Source of the DNA: an uncultured Trueperaceae bacterium
Lineage (GTDB): Bacteria; Deinococcota; Deinococci; Deinococcales; Trueperaceae
DNA: 64,000 nt
Direction of reading: 5' to 3'
Assembly (NCBI GenBank): GCA_963727505.1
Contig: CAVSGP010000009.1
Coordinates: 544,001 to 608,000, forward strand
In this document: piece after piece, positions 58,374-64,000 of the stretch
Numbering within the stretch: position 1 is the stretch's first letter
How the letters are laid out: each line of letters starts with the position of its first letter
Translations under genes and position numbers: made by a program
Notes under the pieces: model-generated
What the model was told of the DNA's origin: nothing
Database searches by the model: none
The model's input: only the letters and a program-made list of their open reading frames with translations

Positions 58374-58820
58374 ATGGACGAGCGTGGATACGTTCCCGGT
58401 CGAGCGCAGCGCATCCCCAGGCCGCGCTCTGCACACCACCCCCCGAAGAAGCGGACCCTATCGGACCTGCGGCCACTCGTGAAGCAGGGCCTGTACCGGA
58501 TCGGGAATCACGCTGCCAAGCACGCGACCTGCGAGGGTTTCACGGAGACCGACATCGTGCAGACGGTGCTCTACGGCCGCGAGCTGATGCGTTACTGGCA
58601 GGACGAGCGGCTGCTGGTGCTGGGCTACCTGCCCGTCAGCGCCGCGGTGAAGATCCCCCTGCACGTCGTGGTGGAGTACAGCGCCCAGCGCTGGGTCGAT
58701 GTCGTGACCGCGTTCATCCCGCACGACGCCCACCGGGTGCCGTCGCGAGCACGTCTGGCCGAGGCCCTGCGTTACGACCGGGACGAGCCCGAGAGCCGGC
58801 TGGTGGGGCCGGGCCGGTAG
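58374..58820 (+). CDS. DUF4258 domain protein
   Basis: HA.KH...EG....DI..., R.LVLG, PLHVVV and VVTAF.P pattern; GGAGG RBS. Confidence 0.72.
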   Translation: MDERGYVPGRAQRIPRPRSAHHPPKKRTLSDLRPLVKQGLYRIGNHAAKHATCEGFTETDIVQTVLYGRELMRYWQDERLLVLGYLPVSAAVKIPLHVVVEYSAQRWVDVVTAFIPHDAHRVPSRARLAEALRYDRDEPESRLVGPGR

Positions 58821-58836
58821 CGGCCCGGCCCCACGA

Positions 58837-59505
58837 TCACGGATCCTTCGAGGGCGTCAACCCTAGCGTGAACATGTAGCTGGTGGTGCCGTTGCGCCCG
58901 TCGTAGCGGCGGACCAGCTCGACCAGGTCTCGCTGCAGTTGTTTGGCGTCGCCATGATCCAGCCGCAGAGGGAGGTTGGCCATCAAGACGGCCGGGGCGT
59001 CGTCGTGCAGCAGCCGCTGGGTCAGCGGTTCCTCGTCGGCGGTCTGATCCGACGGGCCGATCGACACGCGCTGCTCGGCATCGAGCTCGAGCCGCCACCC
59101 CCAGCGGTGGAGCTGGAGCTCGCGGTCGGCGAGCGCATGCACCAGCCCGGCGATCAGGCGCTTCTGCGGGCTGTGCAGGAGGCTCGCCACCGACTCCTCG
59201 AGATCGGCCTGCGGGAGCGTCGCGAACGGGATGAAGAAGGCGTCGGGGGCGCGGTAGTAACGTACCGGGCGCCCCGCGCGCTTCTGCTCGTGGGTCAGCT
59301 CCAGGAGTCGCAGCTGCCGCATGCGCTTCACGCGGTAGGCCATGTCCTTGACGCTCACGCCGACCTCGGAGGCTGCCTCGCTGGTGCTGCGCTCGCCCCG
59401 CATGAACGGGTGCAGGAAGCGCACGCGATCGGCGTCGAGGAGGAACGCAGCCGCGGGCTCGTCGTCGACTACGGTGGCAGGGCTAGTCGACTCGGACGGT
59501 TCCAT
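58837..59505 (-). CDS. Winged-helix (ArsR-like) transcriptional regulator
   Basis: FLHPFM..E.S.SEAA.EVGVS...MAYRVKRM and RAGRPVRYYR; divergent from the MFS gene. Confidence 0.82.
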   Translation of the reverse strand: MEPSESTSPATVVDDEPAAAFLLDADRVRFLHPFMRGERSTSEAASEVGVSVKDMAYRVKRMRQLRLLELTHEQKRAGRPVRYYRAPDAFFIPFATLPQADLEESVASLLHSPQKRLIAGLVHALADRELQLHRWGWRLELDAEQRVSIGPSDQTADEEPLTQRLLHDDAPAVLMANLPLRLDHGDAKQLQRDLVELVRRYDGRNGTTSYMFTLGLTPSKDP

Positions 59506-59514
59506 GTCGACTAG
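59464..59514. promoter_or_regulatory. Candidate operator: three TAGTCGAC/GTCGACTA sites
   Basis: GTCGAC at 59464, 59486 and 59506; CTAGTCGAC-N14-GTCGACTAG inverted repeat. Confidence 0.55.
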
Positions 59515-59535
59515 GGTAGCTCCTACCTTGGCGTC

Positions 59536-60771
59536 ATGAACGCGAACCCTTCCCCCCCTGCGGCCCAGCCGCTCGCCGTCCGCAACTTCCGTCTGCTGTG
59601 GCTGGGAGAGAGCGTCTCTTTGCTCGGAGACCAGTTCTACCTCATCGGCCTGCCATGGCTCACCCTCCGGCTCGGGGGTGACGGCCTCGCCCTGGGCACG
59701 GTGCTGATGGCGGCGGCGGTGCCACGCGCGTTGTTCATGCTGCTCGGCGGCGCCGTGAGCGACCGGCTCTCTCCCCGTCGGGTGATGCTGGCATCCAACC
59801 TGCTGCGCGCCATGGCGGTCGGCTTGCTCACGGCGCTGGCGGCCGCCGGCGCACTGCAACTCGCACACGTCTACCTGCTGGCCGTGGTGTTCGGGACCGT
59901 CGACGCCTTCTACCACCCGTCACTGATGGCGATGGTGCCTTCCCTCGTGGCGCGCGAGCGACTGGAGAGCGCCAACGCCCTGGTGCAGGGCAGCGAGCAG
60001 CTCGCGATGCTGCTCGGCCCCGCCCTCGCCGGCGTGGTGATCGCCGCGGCGGGCCTCACGCCCGCTTTCGGGATCGACACGCTCACCTTCCTGTTCACGC
60101 TCACCACGCTGCTGGCGATGCGCGTCCCGGCGGCGACCCGGGCGAGCGACGAGGCGAACGTGCTGCAGCAGATCGGGAGCGGGCTGCGCTATGCCTTCCG
60201 GACCCCATCCATGCGGGTCATGCTCATCTCGGTCGCCTTCCTGAACCTGGCCATCACCGGGCCGGCCGGCGTGGGGCTGCCGCTGCTGGCCGACCAGCGC
60301 TTCGGCGGTGCGGCCGCATTCGGCGTGATGATGTCGGTGTTCGGCGGCAGCACGCTTATCGGCGCCCTGCTGGCCGGCAGTGCACTCCGGCGCGTTCCTC
60401 TCGCTCGACTGATGGTGGGGGCGCCGCTGCTCTTCGCGGCTGCCCTCGGCGCCGTGGGCGTGGCCGATCGCCTACCGCTCGTGCTGGCGGCGCTCGCGGT
60501 GATGGGGCTGGGCGCCGGCGCGCTCAACGTGCGGGCCATCGCCTGGCTGCAGGGCCGCACGGACGCCGCCTTCCGTGGGCGCGTCATGAGCCTGGTGATG
60601 TTCGCCTCGGTCGGCCTGGCGCCCCTCTCTCTGGCAGGAGCCGGCGTGCTGGTGGGCCAGGGGTTCGTCCTGCTCTTCTCCAGCGCCGCCGCACTGATGG
60701 TCCTGGTCACGCTCCTGGTGGTGACCACCCGGGGCCTGCGCGGCCTCGACACGGCGCCCGCTGCGGCCTGA
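59536..60771 (+). CDS. MFS exporter (DHA3/macrolide-efflux-like)
   Basis: RNFRLLWLG..VSLLGDQ and GGAVSDR..PRR motifs; about 12 TM. Confidence 0.9.
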   Translation: MNANPSPPAAQPLAVRNFRLLWLGESVSLLGDQFYLIGLPWLTLRLGGDGLALGTVLMAAAVPRALFMLLGGAVSDRLSPRRVMLASNLLRAMAVGLLTALAAAGALQLAHVYLLAVVFGTVDAFYHPSLMAMVPSLVARERLESANALVQGSEQLAMLLGPALAGVVIAAAGLTPAFGIDTLTFLFTLTTLLAMRVPAATRASDEANVLQQIGSGLRYAFRTPSMRVMLISVAFLNLAITGPAGVGLPLLADQRFGGAAAFGVMMSVFGGSTLIGALLAGSALRRVPLARLMVGAPLLFAAALGAVGVADRLPLVLAALAVMGLGAGALNVRAIAWLQGRTDAAFRGRVMSLVMFASVGLAPLSLAGAGVLVGQGFVLLFSSAAALMVLVTLLVVTTRGLRGLDTAPAAA

Positions 60772-60871
60772 GGGGTCGCTCCGGCGCGCGCCCCGCGCCC
60801 TCGACCCCACACGCGCCCCGCGCCTGCCGCCCGTCCCTCGATAGCGGGCAGCAGGCGCGGGGCGCTGCGGA

Positions 60872-61636
60872 TCAGTCCAGCGGGAGGCCGTAGATGCGGG
60901 TGGCGTTGCGGTCGAGCACGGGCTCGAGCGCGTCCAGTGTCACGCCGCGCGCCTCCGCCACGACCTCCGCGGTGTGGCGCACGTAGGCCGGCGTGTTGCG
61001 CTTGCCTCGCATCGGGACCGGCGCCAGATAGGGGCTGTCGGTCTCGACGAGCAGCCGGTCCTCGGGGACGGCGCGAGCCGCGTCACGGAGCGCTCCGGCA
61101 CTCTTGAAGGTGACGTTGCCGGCGAACGACACCATCCATCCCAGCGCCAGACCCGCTTCCAGGAGGCCTGCGTGGCCGTTGAAGCAGTGCAGGATGCCGC
61201 GCCGGTGACCGGTCTCGCGGATGGCGGCGGCCGCGGCCAACGACGCGTCCTCGCACCCCTGGGCGTCGCGTACGTGCAGGATGAGCGGTTTGTCCAGGCG
61301 CCGGGCGAGCCCGGCCTGCCAGTCGAACGCGCGGCGCTGGCTCTCGAGCGTCTCGTCGTCCCAGTGGGTGTCGAACCCGGTCTCTCCGAGGGCGACCACG
61401 CGTGCGTGCTCGGCCAGCGCCGCCACCGCCTCGCGGACCGCAGGATCGTCGGCGTCCGAGGCGTTGTTCGGGTGGATGCCCACGGCCGCCCACACGTTGG
61501 GGTGGGCGTCTGCCAGCCGAAGGGCTTCGCGGTCGCTGTCGACGGTGGTCCCGACGGTCACGAGGGCCCGCAGGGAGGGGTCGACGGCGCCCTCCGGATC
61601 GTCACAGGCGTCGAGGTGGCAATGGCTGTCGATCAT
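60872..61636 (-). CDS. tatD: TatD-family DNase
   Basis: IDSHCHL, GIHP, GETGFD, HCF and VETDSPYLAP motifs; TATGGT 6 nt before the ATG. Confidence 0.93.
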   Translation of the reverse strand: MIDSHCHLDACDDPEGAVDPSLRALVTVGTTVDSDREALRLADAHPNVWAAVGIHPNNASDADDPAVREAVAALAEHARVVALGETGFDTHWDDETLESQRRAFDWQAGLARRLDKPLILHVRDAQGCEDASLAAAAAIRETGHRRGILHCFNGHAGLLEAGLALGWMVSFAGNVTFKSAGALRDAARAVPEDRLLVETDSPYLAPVPMRGKRNTPAYVRHTAEVVAEARGVTLDALEPVLDRNATRIYGLPLD

Positions 61637-61726
61637 GCCGCCACCATAACGGCGCACCGGCGCGCAGGCGGTGGCGTCGCGCGATCAGGTGTCCGGACCG
61701 CTCTGCGCGCCGTCGGGCGGGAGTTT

Positions 61727-61760
61727 TGTGAGAATCCTGTAAGAGACCTGTTGCTACAGT
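61727..61760 (+). promoter_or_regulatory. 11-bp-phased TGT direct repeats plus extended -10 TGnTACAGT
   Basis: TGTGAG-aatcc-TGTAAG-agacc-TGTTGC; TGT at 61727, 61738 and 61749. Confidence 0.5.
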
Positions 61761-61785
61761 CATGCCAACTCGGGGAGACGACCGG

Positions 61786-61986
61786 ATGAGCCGAGAGCGA
61801 GGGGTCAAAGTGGTCCAGACAGCAACGGGAACGAATGGCCAGAGCCTGCGCGCTCTGAGCAACGAAGAGCTCAGCGACATCATCGCGACGTGTGAAGGCG
61901 CCATCGCCGATGGTAGCGCGGAGATCGCGGACTTCGAAGCCTTCGTGCTGTGCCAGAAGGAACTCGCCCGCCGAACCTGGGCGTGA
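61786..61986 (+). CDS. Small hypothetical protein (66 aa)
   Basis: GGGGAG RBS and own promoter; coding-like, helical acidic sequence. Confidence 0.65.
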   Translation: MSRERGVKVVQTATGTNGQSLRALSNEELSDIIATCEGAIADGSAEIADFEAFVLCQKELARRTWA

Positions 61987-62049
61987 GCCGTCGAGGGCGG
62001 CGGGAACCCTTTCACATCGAATGCTCGTGACGCGTGCGTAGCATAGCCT

Positions 62050-62823
62050 GTGCTACCACGCGTCTTCATCTGGTTGATCGCTGCGGCGTTGGTCGCCCGT
62101 AGCCGGGCGGCTCTCGCCCGGACCCCACGGACCATGCGAGGGGGGCTGCCCCTGGCGGCCCTCGGACTGCTGCTCGGGGCCTGCGCGCCGGCTCTCAGCG
62201 CCGCCCCCGTGGTGTCGGCCCAGGCAGACACTGCGCCTCCGGCGACGCCACCGGCCGCCCACGGCGTGCCCACCGCACCGCAGGTGCCCGACGCGGCGGC
62301 GGACGTGCAGATCGGCAACGCATCCTGGTACGGCCCCAACTTCGCGGGGCGGCTGACCTCCGACGGCGAGATCTTCGATCCGAGCCAGCTGACCGCCGCC
62401 CACCGGACGCTGCCCTTCGGTACGCTGGTCAAGGTCACCAACCTCGTCAACGGGGAGAGCGTCGTCGTGCGGATCAACGACCGGGGGCCGTTCAAGCCCA
62501 ACCGCATCATCGATCTGTCGCGGGGCGCGGCCGAAGCGATCCACATGAAGAGTATGGGCGTCGCCCGGGTCAAGCTGGAGCCGCTGGCGCTACCCAACGG
62601 GGTGGTCCGGATAGGCGTCGACGACCAACTCCAGGGTTACCAGGTCCAGTCGCGATACCACCGCGTCGGCCAGCTGCTGGTCCTGTCACGGCGCAGCGGG
62701 GCCGATGCCGTCGTCGTCCGCGTCGTCGGCAACGATGTGCCGCGCAGCAGCGGGGTCGACGTGCTCGTCAGCCACGACCTCTTCAGCAAGATCGGCGATC
62801 AGGCCAACATCACCGAACGTTGA
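62050..62823 (+). CDS. rlpA: RlpA-family septal lytic transglycosylase lipoprotein (alternative start 62134)
   Basis: G.ASWYG..F.GR.T..GE, TAAHRTLPFGT and VRINDRGPF...RIIDLS motifs; lipobox LLGAC. Confidence 0.92.
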   Translation: MLPRVFIWLIAAALVARSRAALARTPRTMRGGLPLAALGLLLGACAPALSAAPVVSAQADTAPPATPPAAHGVPTAPQVPDAAADVQIGNASWYGPNFAGRLTSDGEIFDPSQLTAAHRTLPFGTLVKVTNLVNGESVVVRINDRGPFKPNRIIDLSRGAAEAIHMKSMGVARVKLEPLALPNGVVRIGVDDQLQGYQVQSRYHRVGQLLVLSRRSGADAVVVRVVGNDVPRSSGVDVLVSHDLFSKIGDQANITER

Positions 62824-62837
62824 CCGCGCATGCGGAG

Positions 62838-62869
62838 CGGAGGGGCCGCGTTCGACGGCGGCCCCTCCG
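62838..62869. terminator. Hairpin between convergent rlpA and trpA
   Basis: cggaggggccgc-N8-gcggcccctccg. Confidence 0.7.
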
Positions 62870-62870
62870 G

Positions 62871-63689
62871 TCAGCGACGGCAGCCGGCCGCCAACTCGGC
62901 AGCGAGCGCGGCGACGCGGTCCACGCCGCCTTCCGGGTGGCCCGCGTCGGCCTCGTCCTGGATGGCCCGGATGAGGGCCGATCCGACGACGACACCGTCG
63001 GCGAAGGCGGCGACCCGCGCCGCGCTCTCCCGCGAGCCCACCCCGAAACCCACCGCCACCGGCAGGGCGCCGGCGACGCGGGTGCGCTGCACGAGCGACG
63101 CGACCTCGTCGGAGACGGTGTCGCGTGCGCCTGTCACGCCCGTGACCGAGACCGCGTAGACGAAACCGCTGCAGGCGCGCACGACCTTGGCGATGCGGTC
63201 GTCGGTCGAGGTCGGCGCCACCAGGAAGACGGTGTCGAGGCCCATCGAGCGTGCCGCCGGCAGGAGCGCGTCCGCCTCGTCCGGCGGGAGATCGGGGAGG
63301 ATGATGCCGTCGGCTCCCGCCCCCGAGAGAGCTTGCACGAAGCCGGCATCGCCGCCCCGGGGATAGCAGTACACGGGGTTGTAGTAGGTCATCAGCGCGA
63401 GCGCCTTGTCGGTGCGCGCCCGCAGATCACGGACCATGGCCAGCGTGGACGCCGTGTCCACGCCTCGAGCGAGTGCCGTCTCGCTGGCGCGCTGGATGGT
63501 GGGACCGTCCCCCAGCGGGTCGGAGTAGGGCAGACCGATCTCCAGCAGGTCGGCGTGCTCGAGCAAGGCTTCTGCGTAAGCGGGGAAGTGCTCGGGATCG
63601 GGGAAGCCGGCCGTGAGGAAGGCGACGAAGGCCGCGCGGTTCTCGCGCTTCGCGGCGTCGAAAGCGTTCTGGATGCGTCCCATGCTCAT
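62871..63689 (-). CDS. trpA: Tryptophan synthase alpha chain
   Basis: [35 protein letters not shown] and DGVVVGSA motifs. Confidence 0.97.
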   Translation of the reverse strand: MSMGRIQNAFDAAKRENRAAFVAFLTAGFPDPEHFPAYAEALLEHADLLEIGLPYSDPLGDGPTIQRASETALARGVDTASTLAMVRDLRARTDKALALMTYYNPVYCYPRGGDAGFVQALSGAGADGIILPDLPPDEADALLPAARSMGLDTVFLVAPTSTDDRIAKVVRACSGFVYAVSVTGVTGARDTVSDEVASLVQRTRVAGALPVAVGFGVGSRESAARVAAFADGVVVGSALIRAIQDEADAGHPEGGVDRVAALAAELAAGCRR

Positions 63690-64000
63690 GCCCCCGCCCG
63701 TGCGCCGCGCAGACGCATCACCTCGGCGACGTCCTTGTCCCCGCGGCCCGAGAGGTTCACCACGATGATCTCCTCGGGGCCCATGGCGGGCGCCAGGGTC
63801 TGCAGCAGGGCGATAGCGTGGGCGCTCTCCAGGGCAGGCACGATGCCTTCGGTGCGGGCCAGCAGCTCGAAGGCCGTCAGCGCCGCCTCGTCGTCGACGG
63901 CGACGTACTCCGCGATGCCGGCGTCGGCGTAGTAGCTGTGCTCGGGGCCGACCCCGGGGTAGTCGAGTCCCGCCGACACCGAGTGCGCGGGGGTGATCTG
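63686..64000 (-). CDS. trpB: Tryptophan synthase beta chain (3' part only)
   Basis: [25 protein letters not shown] and NLSGRGDKD motifs. Confidence 0.96.
   Translation of the reverse strand, partial: QITPAHSVSAGLDYPGVGPEHSYYADAGIAEYVAVDDEAALTAFELLARTEGIVPALESAHAIALLQTLAPAMGPEEIIVVNLSGRGDKDVAEVMRLRGARAGA

Overview
High-GC (roughly 70% by eye) bacterial chromosome segment, very likely Deinococcota (Truepera-like). This is inferred from a Thermus/Deinococcus-type pilus ATPase with repeated MshEN motifs in a yqeG-pilB/F-pilT run and from many leaderless TANNNT-N5-7-start promoters. The window is mostly core and metabolic genome: accD-accA, rpe, gabT, three tRNAs (Gln-UUG, Gln-CUG, Ser-CGA), upp-wecA-wecB-folPBK, a frameshifted ackA, glk, ubiX-ispD-ispE, thuA plus an oxidoreductase, GntR-tctCBA, ilvD, leuC-leuD-methyltransferase-leuB, a TAXI-TRAP transporter, tatD, rlpA and trpBA. 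I saw no CRISPR array, rRNA, integrase, transposase or prophage. Most interesting signals: (1) two apparently catalytically dead paralogs of pyruvate-node enzymes about 2 kb apart, an E2-like protein with a very long acidic linker and no lipoyl or DHR motif, and a PEP-synthase N-domain-like protein lacking its ATP-binding loop; (2) a leaderless 26-codon Leu/Ile/Val-rich leader peptide with an attenuator upstream of leuC; (3) three stop-codon-anchored degenerate tandem-repeat arrays at convergent gene junctions; (4) a methyltransferase embedded in the leu operon; (5) several candidate operators; (6) a lower-GC decayed patch at about 43.3-45.1 kb. All family assignments come from motif recognition by eye, not database searches.
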